A stretch of 64,000 nt of DNA from a bacterium (GTDB lineage: Bacteria; Patescibacteriota; Saccharimonadia; Saccharimonadales; UBA4665). The position numbers were made by a program, and so were the translations under genes. The notes below the pieces were generated by a model. That model was not told the origin of the DNA, did no database searches, and saw nothing but the letters and a program-made list of their open reading frames with translations. Shown one piece after another: positions 20,477 through 29,571 of this stretch; the first letter of the stretch is position 1; each line of letters begins with the position of its first letter. Location of the stretch: assembly GCA_021803105.1 (NCBI GenBank), contig JAJZMC010000007.1:27794-91793 (forward strand), given 5' to 3'.

Positions 20477-20734
20477 ATGGGTGATAACAAGGTAATAATT
20501 TACACTGCAGTCTGGTGTGGCTTCTGTCACGCTGCTAAGGATTACCTAACAAAACTAGCTGTTGATTTCGAAGATAGAGATGTTGAAAAAAATCCAAAAT
20601 TCGGCGAAGAAGCTGTCGAGAAGAGTAGCCAGAGAGGTATACCAGTAATTGACATCGCTGGGGATATTATTATTGGTTTTGACAGACCAAAAATTGATGC
20701 TGCATTAGCTAAACATCAATTAATAAAAACTTAA
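20477..20734 (+). CDS. glutaredoxin-like (NrdH/Grx-type) thiol-disulfide oxidoreductase
   Basis: It has a CGFC active site in the IIYTAVWCGFCHAAKDYL context and the cis-Pro region GIPVI. The ORF track starts at TTG 20456. I prefer the ATG at 20477 (MGDNKVIIY...). Confidence 0.85.
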   Translation: MGDNKVIIYTAVWCGFCHAAKDYLTKLAVDFEDRDVEKNPKFGEEAVEKSSQRGIPVIDIAGDIIIGFDRPKIDAALAKHQLIKT

Positions 20735-20740
20735 TGACTA

Positions 20741-21310
20741 ATGGCTTTTGAAGATTATAAAACTAAAAAATCTTTAGTATTGGTATACACCGGAGAAGGT
20801 AAAGGTAAGACTTCTGCCGCACTTGGACTACTTACTAGAGCCTTAGGCAATCGATGGAGGGTAGCGTTCATTCAATTTATTAAATATTGGGGAGTTGGTG
20901 AACATGTTTTTATTAGAGATATTCAATCAATTTATGGAAACGAGCTATATTTTTACAAAGGAGGCAAGGGTTTTTACCAGGCCGGAGAATTAAGCCCAAA
21001 ACATATAACCAATAAAGAGCACTTAGATGCAGCTCACCAAACATACTTAGAAGCCTTAAAAGCAGCTTCAAACGGAACATTTGATTTAGTAATCTGTGAT
21101 GAAATCAATAATGCTGTCCATGACAGTCTAATTAGTAAAAAAGAACTAGTAAAATTAATTGATACAAGAGCACCAAACACAAGTTTATGTTTAACTGGTC
21201 GAGATTTTCCCAATGAATTGTTACCAAAAACCGATATAGCAACAAATATGACCAAACTTAAACATCATTTCGATGAGAAATATCTAGCCAACAAAGGAAT
21301 TGATTTCTAA
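20741..21310 (+). CDS. cobO: cob(I)yrinic acid a,c-diamide / cob(I)alamin adenosyltransferase (CobA/CobO/BtuR family)
   Basis: It has the family-typical P-loop and downstream pattern YTGEGKGKTSAALGLLTRALGNRWRVAFIQFIK, then DLVICDEIN and LTGR. Confidence 0.75.
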   Translation: MAFEDYKTKKSLVLVYTGEGKGKTSAALGLLTRALGNRWRVAFIQFIKYWGVGEHVFIRDIQSIYGNELYFYKGGKGFYQAGELSPKHITNKEHLDAAHQTYLEALKAASNGTFDLVICDEINNAVHDSLISKKELVKLIDTRAPNTSLCLTGRDFPNELLPKTDIATNMTKLKHHFDEKYLANKGIDF

Positions 21311-21337
21311 TTATATTATTATATAATAAAGTATAAC

Positions 21338-22300
21338 ATGGCATTAGAGCAATCAAATTTATTTAATTCTCATGAACCAGAGCCATCTTTTTTTTCGATT
21401 CCTAAAAAAATCTATATTATCGGAAATCCTGATAGACCCGGTGTTAAAGAAGCTGTAGAAGACATAAAAAGAAAACTAAGTATTACAACAATCACAGAAA
21501 AACCAAATTCGTTTAAATTTGTTAAGTCAGCAAAATCGACTGATGAAATTTACAATAATTTAATTGAAGTAGGGATTAAAAATGAAGATGATAACGAACT
21601 TGTACTTGGACCGATTGGTGGAGATGGCCTCGATTCTACTATTTTTGAAATCGCTAGAAAAAATTTCAAAAATGCTACCTGTCTATTAACTAACCGAGTA
21701 GGCACGGCTAAAGATCTATACTGGAATGTATCCAAAAATAATAAAGGTCAAAAACCAACCGAACTTTATCCATTAGAAATTACTATTAATGACACAATTC
21801 ATGCTGCTTATAATATTGGTAGCATTGGAACATGGGCTGAAATGGCCGAAAAATTTAATGATTTACCTAGATCATCTTATTCATATATACAGTTAATAAA
21901 AAATGGCTTAATTGCGGTAAAAAAAATATCTAACTCGAAGACTTTTACAATAACTACAAACAATAAAACGATTGAAAACGTGACAGATTTGATATTAACA
22001 AATAGTCAACGATCTGGTGTAGTTTTTCATTCAAAACAAAACGACATACACGACAAAACAGCCGGTGAACATTTATTAACAAATAACAACCCAACATTTA
22101 TTGGTAAAGTTATTTTAAGTGCAATTGGACTATATAAATTTACACCAAATCAACACTTTAATTCAAATGATAACATAGAATACTATATAGAAGGAGAGGA
22201 GATGCGTTTTCAAAGAGACGGCGAAAGTATCGAAATTCCAAACAAAGCAAACGTATCAGTAAAAATAGCTAAAAAACCTGTCCGTGTTTTAACAATATAG
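21338..22300 (+). CDS. hypothetical protein with a diacylglycerol-kinase/NAD-kinase-like GGDG motif
   Basis: A short Rossmann-like start (IYIIGNP) is followed by LVLGPIGGDGLDSTIFE, which resembles the DAGK_cat/NAD-kinase GGDG(T) signature. The rest is unrecognised. Confidence 0.4.
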   Translation: MALEQSNLFNSHEPEPSFFSIPKKIYIIGNPDRPGVKEAVEDIKRKLSITTITEKPNSFKFVKSAKSTDEIYNNLIEVGIKNEDDNELVLGPIGGDGLDSTIFEIARKNFKNATCLLTNRVGTAKDLYWNVSKNNKGQKPTELYPLEITINDTIHAAYNIGSIGTWAEMAEKFNDLPRSSYSYIQLIKNGLIAVKKISNSKTFTITTNNKTIENVTDLILTNSQRSGVVFHSKQNDIHDKTAGEHLLTNNNPTFIGKVILSAIGLYKFTPNQHFNSNDNIEYYIEGEEMRFQRDGESIEIPNKANVSVKIAKKPVRVLTI

Positions 22301-22305
22301 CAAAG

Positions 22306-23130
22306 TTATTCAACAAATGTTGCTGGATTGACTCTATATTGATCAGAGATAACGTCTTTTGGCTTGCTATATTTTACTCGAGCATTCAACCTAATAACTC
22401 CGTAAAAAACTAAAACTAAAAAAATAATTGGATACATATAATATCTAGAGGTTTTATAATGCTTTTTATAAGTTAATGGACTGAGCATAGCATATTTAAA
22501 AATTTCAATTGGACCATCCTTAAATCGTCTAATTGAAATTGATGCTGACAAGTTATCATCAAATATAACTTTAAATTTATTCTCTTGTAAATGAAGTGCT
22601 AAATCAAAATCCTCATGGAGGTTAGATTTATAACACAAAGTATTTTTAACATCCTCCCAAGCACTTTTTCTAATTGCCATATTAGCACCTTGTAAAAACA
22701 TTTCATCAGTTTTCATTCTATGAGCTAACCATCGTCTAAAAAATATATCTAGGGATGAGGATAATTTTGGCCATATACATTCATGATAATAAAGTCGTCC
22801 TGAAACAGCAGCTATATTATCATTATCAAATATTCGCTCAATATGTAAAATCCAATCTTTTTTGAGAACAGTATCAGCATCTATTCGACCAATAACATCA
22901 CCACTAGCATAATCAAAACCGGTTGATCTAGCATGAACCACACCTTGTCTTTTCTCTTTAATAATAGTCACAAAATTAAAATCTTTTGCTACATTTAAAG
23001 TACTATCTGTAGAATTATTATCAACAACAATAACTTCAAAAGGAGTAATACTTTGTTGTTTAATGGATTCTAAACAAGCCCTTAAATGGGTCTGTTCGTT
23101 GTATACTGGAATAACAATGCTAATTTTCAT
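22306..23130 (-). CDS. family 2 glycosyltransferase
   Basis: GT2 signatures are present: ISIVIPVYNE, VVDNNSTDST and RIDADT (DxD). One C-terminal TM helix. The longest ORF begins at TTG 23154 but would overlap the divergent gene head to head, so I prefer the ATG at 23130. Confidence 0.85.
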   Translation of the reverse strand: MKISIVIPVYNEQTHLRACLESIKQQSITPFEVIVVDNNSTDSTLNVAKDFNFVTIIKEKRQGVVHARSTGFDYASGDVIGRIDADTVLKKDWILHIERIFDNDNIAAVSGRLYYHECIWPKLSSSLDIFFRRWLAHRMKTDEMFLQGANMAIRKSAWEDVKNTLCYKSNLHEDFDLALHLQENKFKVIFDDNLSASISIRRFKDGPIEIFKYAMLSPLTYKKHYKTSRYYMYPIIFLVLVFYGVIRLNARVKYSKPKDVISDQYRVNPATFVE

Positions 23131-23147
23131 GAATATTAATCTATTAT

Positions 23148-24236
23148 ATGACAAATAAACTAAAAAAGTATTTTTATTTACTCATAAACACAACTCATAA
23201 GTTATTTACTTATTACTGGCGATCTGGTATATGGCAAAAGTTCGTCGTCATTTTTATTATTGTTATTACAATTTTAAGTATCTTTATGTATTCAATCGGT
23301 GAATGGTATATCCAAAGTCAAAATAACATACCGTTACAACTTGGTGTTAGTTTTATACCAGACTATGCTACCTCATTAGGTCTTAACCCAAAAAAAACAA
23401 TGTCAGCCTTAATTAAAATTGGTGTTAAACATTTTAGATTAGTAAGTTACTGGTCAGATGGTGAACCGACAAAAGGTGTTTATAATTTTTCTCAACTAAA
23501 TTGGGAGTTCGCATTAGCTCAAAAAGCACATGCAACAATCACTCTTACTCTGGGTTTAAGACAACCCAGATGGCCAGAATGTCACGCTCCAACTTGGTCA
23601 TTATCCGAACCAACAAAAATATGGGAACCCCAACTTTATAATTACATCGCAAAAGTTGTAAATAAATATAAAAACTCTCCTAGTTTAAAAAATTATCAAC
23701 TAGAAAACGAATATTTTCTAAAAGGATTTGGTAATTGTACTAATTTCAGTCGTAATCGACTAATAACAGAATACAACTTGGTAAAAAAACTTGATCCAAA
23801 CCATCCCATTATAATTGGTAGAAGTAATAATGGGATAGGTATACCAATTGGTCAACCACAACCAGATATATTTAGTATATCTATATATCGCAGAGTTTGG
23901 GATGCTAATGTTACACATCGTTACCTTGAATATCCGTTTCCATCATGGTATTTTGCTTTTCTTGCCGGGATACAGAAAATCATTTTGCATAAAAATATGG
24001 TTATAGATGAAATGCAAGCTGAAGCTTGGCCACCACACGGACAGACCATACCACAAACTAGTCTAAAAGAACAAAATAAATCTATGAACGCCAAAGCACT
24101 ACTAGCAAGTTTTAACTTCGCGAAAAAAACTGGCATGAAAAGCATTGATATGTGGGGAGCTGAATACTGGTATTATAGACTAGTAAAACTACATGACCCA
24201 AGTTTATGGAATATAGCTAAAAAAGAATTTAAATAA
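23148..24236 (+). CDS. membrane-anchored protein, possible clan GH-A (TIM-barrel) glycoside hydrolase
   Basis: It has an N-terminal TM helix. YQLENEYF resembles the acid/base NE(Y/P) strand of clan GH-A enzymes, and a later DEMQAEAW could supply the nucleophile Glu. The assignment is tentative. Confidence 0.4.
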   Translation: MTNKLKKYFYLLINTTHKLFTYYWRSGIWQKFVVIFIIVITILSIFMYSIGEWYIQSQNNIPLQLGVSFIPDYATSLGLNPKKTMSALIKIGVKHFRLVSYWSDGEPTKGVYNFSQLNWEFALAQKAHATITLTLGLRQPRWPECHAPTWSLSEPTKIWEPQLYNYIAKVVNKYKNSPSLKNYQLENEYFLKGFGNCTNFSRNRLITEYNLVKKLDPNHPIIIGRSNNGIGIPIGQPQPDIFSISIYRRVWDANVTHRYLEYPFPSWYFAFLAGIQKIILHKNMVIDEMQAEAWPPHGQTIPQTSLKEQNKSMNAKALLASFNFAKKTGMKSIDMWGAEYWYYRLVKLHDPSLWNIAKKEFK

Positions 24237-24239
24237 AAG

Positions 24240-24713
24240 ATGCCAAAAAAAAGAAAGAAAATAACTAGTCATACAATTAGTAATCGTCGTGCCAGTCATC
24301 ACTATACTTTAAGTGATAATTTAATCGTAGGTATCAAGCTTATCGGCGCAGAAGTAAAAAGCCTCAGACTTGGACACGGTGATCTAAAAGGAGCTTATGT
24401 AACTCTAAAGAACAATGAACTATGGTTAATAAACGCTACCATTCATGGAACTAAGGGAATAATCATCACTGACAGCGATAAAACTAGAGCTCGTAAAATT
24501 TTAGCAAGAAGACAAGAAATAAATAAATTAATTGAAGCCAAACAAACAGGCAAAACAATTATACCTATTGAAATTTTAACTAAAGAAAAATTTATCAAAC
24601 TAAAAATTGCTCTTGGTAAGGGTAAAAAAAATTATGATAAACGCCAGTTATTAAAACGAAGAGACCAGATGAAATCAATTAACATAGAACTAAAAAGAAA
24701 AATACAAAACTAA
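24240..24713 (+). CDS. smpB: SsrA (tmRNA)-binding protein
   Basis: It is 157 aa. NRRASHHYTLSDNLIVGIKLIGAEVKSLR...AYV...ELWLINATI is the classic SmpB N-terminal pattern. The C-terminal tail is basic. Confidence 0.93.
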   Translation: MPKKRKKITSHTISNRRASHHYTLSDNLIVGIKLIGAEVKSLRLGHGDLKGAYVTLKNNELWLINATIHGTKGIIITDSDKTRARKILARRQEINKLIEAKQTGKTIIPIEILTKEKFIKLKIALGKGKKNYDKRQLLKRRDQMKSINIELKRKIQN

Positions 24714-24721
24714 TAAACACC

Positions 24722-24750
24722 TTGATTGTGTTGTTTAGATTAGTTATAAT
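24722..24750 (+). promoter_or_regulatory. near-consensus sigma70-type promoter for tRNA-Asn
   Basis: TTGATT (24722-24727), an exactly 17-nt spacer, then TATAAT (24745-24750). The tRNA 5' end lies 19 nt downstream. Confidence 0.55.
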
Positions 24751-24768
24751 TCAGCAAGCAATTTATAT

Positions 24769-24843
24769 TCCGGGGTAGCTCAGCGGTAGAGCGGGTGGCT
24801 GTTAACCACTAGGTCGCTGGTTCGAATCCAGTTCCCGGAGCCA
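24769..24843 (+). tRNA. tRNA-Asn (anticodon GTT), CCA encoded
   Basis: I folded the cloverleaf by hand. The acceptor pairs TCCGGGG with TCCCGGA. The D arm is GCTC/GAGC. The anticodon stem is GGTGG/CCACT with loop CTGTTAA. The T arm is GCTGG-TTCGAAT-CCAGT. The discriminator is G, followed by CCA. Confidence 0.93.
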
Positions 24844-24914
24844 AATAGAACGTAACTGACGATTTAGCCTGTCCTTACCTCTGTTATTTTGATCTTTTTT
24901 AGCGGTTATATTAG

Positions 24915-26417
24915 TCATTTTATGCCTCCTAGCAAATTATTAGTTTTAATAACATTTTGAGCAATAATTTTTGCAAAATTAGTATACTCAACAGATATAA
25001 ATTCTTGTTCATAGGTAATACGACTGAAAAGTTTGCTTATTATTAGTCGTTTTACTTCCGGTGGCTTATTTTGGTACAACTGAGCAGCTTTTTGAGATAA
25101 TTCTAATAAGAGTAGTTTCTGATCTAAGTCTTTACTAACTAATGTATCAACCTGGGCTAATTTCTGCTCAAATTCATTAATCTGATTAATTAAATTCTGG
25201 TGTTTATCTTTATATCTAGCCTGAGTTATCTCACCAGATAATTTATCATCATAAAGGCTTTCATCCATTCGATTTAGTCGATTAATCTGTGATTGAATTG
25301 AACTGATTAGCTGTGTACTGTTGTTAATGTTTTTAGCATAATGATCTTTCATAGATTCAGCTAACCAATCAATAATTTCAGCAGAAGGACATACTAACTG
25401 TTCCAGCATTTTCATAATTGCTTGCTCAACTTTATCTTCCCTAAGTAGTATTCGGCCCTTACAGACCTCTAAACTGCGCTGACAATAACCATAATATCGT
25501 TTCTTTTGAAGTTGCCAGGTAACAACACTGCCACAATACTTACAATAAATTAAATTTTTAAATACAGGATTATGTTTAGCACGTCTTAATGCCCGCTTAC
25601 CTTGTAATTTGTTTTGAACTTGTTCGAATAATTCTTTAGAAATAATCGGTACTTGAGCACCAGGATATTCCTTGCCGTCAAACCGAATAATGCCAATATA
25701 GTAAGGATTTCTTAAAATTCGATGAACTTGGCTCTTATGATACTCTCTGCCTTTATGATTTCTAATACCCATTATTTGAAGCTCCTTAGTAATCGATTGG
25801 ATAGATTGACTAGGATCAAGATAAAGTTTGAAAGCTCTCTCGATTAAAAACTTAGTTTCTTCATCTGGTTCATGAATTCGTTTACCGTTAACAATAACTG
25901 TTTTATAACCTGGAGGTGGTGGGGCAGGTACCCAACCCTGGGCTAATTTTTCAGCCCAACCTTTCATAGCTTCTTCGCGTAAATTATCGCTATATTTTTT
26001 AGCAACTGATAAATGAATATTCCACATAAACTTAACATCAGATTTAGCTTCTTTATGTAGTAATAAGTTTTCTTTAACGGCATGAAGTCGTCGATCAACG
26101 TCTTTTTCCAGCCAATCGTCAATTGCAATAGCATCACGAAAATTTCTAGTTAATCTATCAGTCTTTTCAACTGCCAGATGATAGATATTTTCTTTACTAA
26201 GATAGGTTAGTAGCTCATGAAAGACTTTTCGACTCTGTTCCTTAGAGGCAGTTTCGGCTATTTTAAATACTTTAATAACGTTAAAGTTTCTACTGTCACA
26301 ATAACTCTGCAAAAGCTTAAGCTGAGAATCAAGTGAATAGCCTTCATCTTCTTGAGCTTTAGAAGAAACCCTAGCTAAAATAACTGCACTAGAATGATCT
26401 TTGACTAGAGTTTTCAT
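24915..26417 (-). CDS. large serine recombinase (integrase)
   Basis: The N-terminal resolvase catalytic domain reads AVILARVSSKAQEDEGYSLDSQ, with the catalytic Ser in the RVSS context. It is followed by a recombinase domain, a Cys-rich zinc-ribbon region (CKYCGSVV...CQRSLEVC) and a C-terminal coiled coil. Size is 500 aa. Confidence 0.9.
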   Translation of the reverse strand: MKTLVKDHSSAVILARVSSKAQEDEGYSLDSQLKLLQSYCDSRNFNVIKVFKIAETASKEQSRKVFHELLTYLSKENIYHLAVEKTDRLTRNFRDAIAIDDWLEKDVDRRLHAVKENLLLHKEAKSDVKFMWNIHLSVAKKYSDNLREEAMKGWAEKLAQGWVPAPPPPGYKTVIVNGKRIHEPDEETKFLIERAFKLYLDPSQSIQSITKELQIMGIRNHKGREYHKSQVHRILRNPYYIGIIRFDGKEYPGAQVPIISKELFEQVQNKLQGKRALRRAKHNPVFKNLIYCKYCGSVVTWQLQKKRYYGYCQRSLEVCKGRILLREDKVEQAIMKMLEQLVCPSAEIIDWLAESMKDHYAKNINNSTQLISSIQSQINRLNRMDESLYDDKLSGEITQARYKDKHQNLINQINEFEQKLAQVDTLVSKDLDQKLLLLELSQKAAQLYQNKPPEVKRLIISKLFSRITYEQEFISVEYTNFAKIIAQNVIKTNNLLGGIK

Positions 26418-26589
26418 CTTGATTATTACTCCCTAAAGCATTAAAGAGGCTAATTAACGATTCACCAATCTCACTAGCTTCAGAAAAACTCAGTATTAAA
26501 TGATTCTGCTGCTCAATGATCTGTTGCAAAGATTGAGTTCTTGTTCTTATTTTAATGTCTTTTGTTAAAGTTATACTTTCTTGTTCCAT
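26389..26589 (-). CDS. small hypothetical protein upstream of the integrase (possible directionality/regulatory factor)
   Basis: A 66-aa ORF overlapping the integrase start by 29 nt, preceded by the palindromic operator. No motif recognised. Confidence 0.3.
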   Translation of the reverse strand: MEQESITLTKDIKIRTRTQSLQQIIEQQNHLILSFSEASEIGESLISLFNALGSNNQDENSSQRSF

Positions 26590-26629
26590 CTAGATACCCT
26601 CCTATTAACTATTCATACAAGTATAGTTT

Positions 26630-26649
26630 ACTATTCATACGTGAATAGT
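26630..26649. promoter_or_regulatory. palindromic operator-like site ACTATTCA-tacg-TGAATAGT, with an extra half-site at 26608-26615
   Basis: A perfect 8-bp inverted repeat with a 4-bp spacer, and a third direct copy of ACTATTCA 22 bp away. It lies between the XRE gene and the small ORF/integrase unit. Confidence 0.45.
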
Positions 26650-26692
26650 TCAAGTAGTTATACACAGGATTTTTATGTTATATAAAAACTTA

Positions 26693-26905
26693 CTAAAAAG
26701 GTAGAATATCTGATGATTTAATTTTTAGAGCCTTAGCTATCTTTTCGATCATTTCAAATTTTGGTTTTATTTCACCTCGTTCTAATCGGGCATAGTGATT
26801 AGGACTAATACCGGCTTTAGTGGCAACTTCAATTTGAGTTAAACCACTATTACTTCGAGCGGCTTTTAATTTTTGTCCAAAAAGCTTAATAGAACTATCA
26901 GCCAT
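26693..26905 (-). CDS. XRE-family helix-turn-helix transcriptional regulator
   Basis: It is 70 aa. LTQIEVATKAGISPNHYARLERGE is a canonical Cro/CI-type HTH. Confidence 0.9.
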   Translation of the reverse strand: MADSSIKLFGQKLKAARSNSGLTQIEVATKAGISPNHYARLERGEIKPKFEMIEKIAKALKIKSSDILPF

Positions 26906-26987
26906 ATACCGATATTTTACCAGATTTTACTATATTAAAATAATCACTCTTCTTGTATGATATTTTTTTTCAGCTATACTTCAAATA

Positions 26988-27368
26988 ATGGATTCAATAA
27001 TTGAAAATAACTTAATCAATCCCTATCATGTAATTAATTTTGCAGATTATTTATTTAAACCTCAAATTCAACCAATTGCTAAAGAAGATTATGTACTAGC
27101 AAACGCTAAATTAATAAAGACATTAGGGGCTTCCACTTGGCTAACAAAACTAATTGAAATTTTAAGCAGTGAAGTAGACGACAAAACTTATGCCGTTATA
27201 AACCCAATTGAATCTGTCCTGATATCTGCAAGACTCCAAGGACAACATAAAACTATTATTGATTTAAAAGATTGGCTAAGTGCCAACATTAAATTAATCA
27301 ACGAAATCGGGGCAGAGGAATGGCTTTATCTACTACTCAATATCCTCGAAACTGCTAGCAATAATTAA
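26988..27368 (+). CDS. hypothetical protein with an internal duplication
   Basis: It is 126 aa and divergent from the XRE gene. Two related segments are present: ANAKLIKTLGASTWLTKLIEILSSE and ANIKLINEIGAEEWLYLLLNILETA. Confidence 0.5.
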   Translation: MDSIIENNLINPYHVINFADYLFKPQIQPIAKEDYVLANAKLIKTLGASTWLTKLIEILSSEVDDKTYAVINPIESVLISARLQGQHKTIIDLKDWLSANIKLINEIGAEEWLYLLLNILETASNN

Positions 27369-27483
27369 GCCTAAATCATCTTTTTATCTACTGCTTAATA
27401 GATCGATCGATTTATCTATTTAGCCTTAATTTCTTCTCTGTTATTTGTATTTTTCCGTCTACCATTTTATTATATATATACAT

Positions 27484-28272
27484 ATGAACCCTATAACTAT
27501 TAAATCTTATAAGAAACTAAACAATAAACAAATAAAATTACTAAAGATCTTATATAAGTTTAGGTTTGGTACTAGTGAACTAATAGCACTATTTATGGAT
27601 CAATCAACAGTCTATACCAGAACCAGGCTTAATAGATTATTAGAACAAGGTTACATTGCTAAAAATTATGATAGCACTTATAAACTAAGAGGAATACCAG
27701 CGAATCACTACTTATTACCTAAAGCTATTAAATTACTTAAAGACAATGATGAACTAGATCATAAAGGACTTCATTTACTCTACTACAATAAACAAGCCTC
27801 AACTAGATTTATTAAACACTGGTTAGAGATATTTAAAATCTATCAAAAACTAAATGAATTGTATAAAAAGAAACTAGAATTCTTTACCTCTACCGAAGTA
27901 GCTGATCAAAATCAATTCCCTAAACCTGGTCTTGATAGTTATCTAAATATTAATGATTCTTATTACTTTCTAGACCTATTAGATAACTCAATGTCATATA
28001 CCCTACTTAAAAGAAAAGTTAATAAACATATTAAATGCTATGAATCAGAAAAACTAGAAGGTGATTACCCAACTATTCTACTTATTTGTTCTACTAAGGC
28101 AATCAAGACAATGATGACTAAATATTTAAACTCTGTTTTGAATAAAAAAGGAATTGATCAGTTAGAATTTCTAATAACCACGAAAGTGGAATTATTAACA
28201 CAAAAAGATAGTAAACAGGCTATTTGGAGGGAGGTAATGGAGAATGAGAACGAGGAGTTAGTTAGTCTTTAA
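27484..28272 (+). CDS. replication-relaxation family protein (winged-helix, plasmid/ICE-associated)
   Basis: The N-terminus LNNKQIKLLKILYKFRFGTSELIALFMDQSTVYTRTRLNRLLEQGYI matches the pattern I associate with the Replic_Relax family. I prefer the ATG at 27484 (MNPITIK...) to the track start at 27445. Confidence 0.55.
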   Translation: MNPITIKSYKKLNNKQIKLLKILYKFRFGTSELIALFMDQSTVYTRTRLNRLLEQGYIAKNYDSTYKLRGIPANHYLLPKAIKLLKDNDELDHKGLHLLYYNKQASTRFIKHWLEIFKIYQKLNELYKKKLEFFTSTEVADQNQFPKPGLDSYLNINDSYYFLDLLDNSMSYTLLKRKVNKHIKCYESEKLEGDYPTILLICSTKAIKTMMTKYLNSVLNKKGIDQLEFLITTKVELLTQKDSKQAIWREVMENENEELVSL

Positions 28273-28372
28273 GAGTAGTTTTAAGCCTTACTTAGCTGAG
28301 TTAGCATAAACATTGACAAAACAAATAAAAGTAGTATAATATATATCATAAACTAAACAAGGTAGATGAATT

Positions 28373-29011
28373 ATGTCAGAAATCAGTAATTACCCAGACT
28401 TTTATAAATCTACTGAGGGACAATCAAAGCTAGGTACGGAAGAACTAATTCAAACAAATCAAGCATTTAATGAACTATTCGATGATTTAATGTTAATAGA
28501 CATGGAAATTGTAAAAAGGTTTGAGAGTTTTAATGATCGTCCTGTTGCAAACTTACTAAAAAAGATAGTAGTAGATGGTCAAAAATATACCTTAAACTTA
28601 GAGGACAAAAGTCAAAGAGACCCGAAGAGTGAGACTCCCGATATAACTTGGAGAGATAGTGAAATAATAATTAGAGATATTAGTTTACAAAGATCTGATG
28701 GAGTATATGGACGAGAATATTGGAGCTATAGACTCGGTGCAGATGGTATTGTTAGACGCTGGGACGGCGGAGATATTACCGCTAAAACACGCAATGAACG
28801 AGAGCTTGGTATTAAAGAACCAAAAATACGTGGAAACGAAACACTAGATGAACTCGGAAAACTTGCACTTGCTGGCTTACAAAGAACTATCGACCAAATT
28901 CCTAATAGTAGACTAGAAGAAGATATGGGCTTAAATAACCAGCCTGTTACATTAGCCGAAATACAGGGCTTGCAAGACTTTTTGAATAGAGCTACAGATA
29001 TTCAACGATAA
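28373..29011 (+). CDS. hypothetical protein
   Basis: A 212-aa ORF in the island, preceded by a plausible RBS region. No motif recognised. Confidence 0.5.
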   Translation: MSEISNYPDFYKSTEGQSKLGTEELIQTNQAFNELFDDLMLIDMEIVKRFESFNDRPVANLLKKIVVDGQKYTLNLEDKSQRDPKSETPDITWRDSEIIIRDISLQRSDGVYGREYWSYRLGADGIVRRWDGGDITAKTRNERELGIKEPKIRGNETLDELGKLALAGLQRTIDQIPNSRLEEDMGLNNQPVTLAEIQGLQDFLNRATDIQR

Positions 29012-29190
29012 CGTGGTTACTTATCTTAACTGAAATCTCCTTCTAAACACTCTAGAGCCTTTTTAAGCCTTACTCAGGGCTATCGAACTTACTCTAAATT
29101 AGACTCGATAACTTCTAACCAATCTACTTTAGATAAACTAGTAGACAATAGATCACTAAATAGACTAGCTCCAAGATTAAGATCATACAT

Positions 29191-29361
29191 TTAACCTTCA
29201 ACTAATTCTTGAAGTCTTTCGGCTTTGTTACTATTTGATATATTTAATCCTAAAATATCAGTTAATAGTCGATGGTTATATTCATCATTATTTAGCCATA
29301 GACTAACTAACCATGTCTCTCGGTTACTCCAACCGTTATATGTTAATGTTAACTCACTCAT
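29191..29361 (-). CDS. small hypothetical protein (a motif I associate with mobile elements and phages)
   Basis: The ATG at 29361 is preceded by AGGAG with a 9-nt spacer. MSELTLTYNGWSNRETWLVSLWLNNDEY resembles a short motif I associate with phage/plasmid small proteins. This is from memory only, and no family name is claimed. Confidence 0.45.
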   Translation of the reverse strand: MSELTLTYNGWSNRETWLVSLWLNNDEYNHRLLTDILGLNISNSNKAERLQELVEG

Positions 29362-29571
29362 TTCTTTCTTCTCCTTTACTTTACGTAATAAGAGAAATAA
29401 GAACATCCTAAGGAGACGATAGTTACAAGGTGGAGACGAAGTACTACCTTGTAACTAGAGTTCAAGATGTAAAATGATGGATTTACGTAAAGAGAAGAAT
29501 ATTTAAGGATAAGAATATATGCTCTATTGCTATAATTAATGTACAATATTTATAATGATTAAGTATAAACA

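Noticed and set aside
24714-24914. Expectation of a tmRNA (ssrA) gene next to smpB; also considered for the structured element at 47458-47602
   Set aside because: The only RNA gene after smpB is a standard 75-nt tRNA-Asn. Neither region has a tRNA-Ala-like acceptor/T-arm pair flanking a tag-peptide ORF.
24844-24914. Direct repeat of the tRNA-Asn 3' end marking the far boundary of the island (classic attL/attR)
   Set aside because: I found no second copy of the tRNA-Asn 3' segment. The only similar string is the generic GGTTCGAATCC T-loop of tRNA-Val. Serine recombinases do not require long att repeats, so the island boundaries remain inferred.
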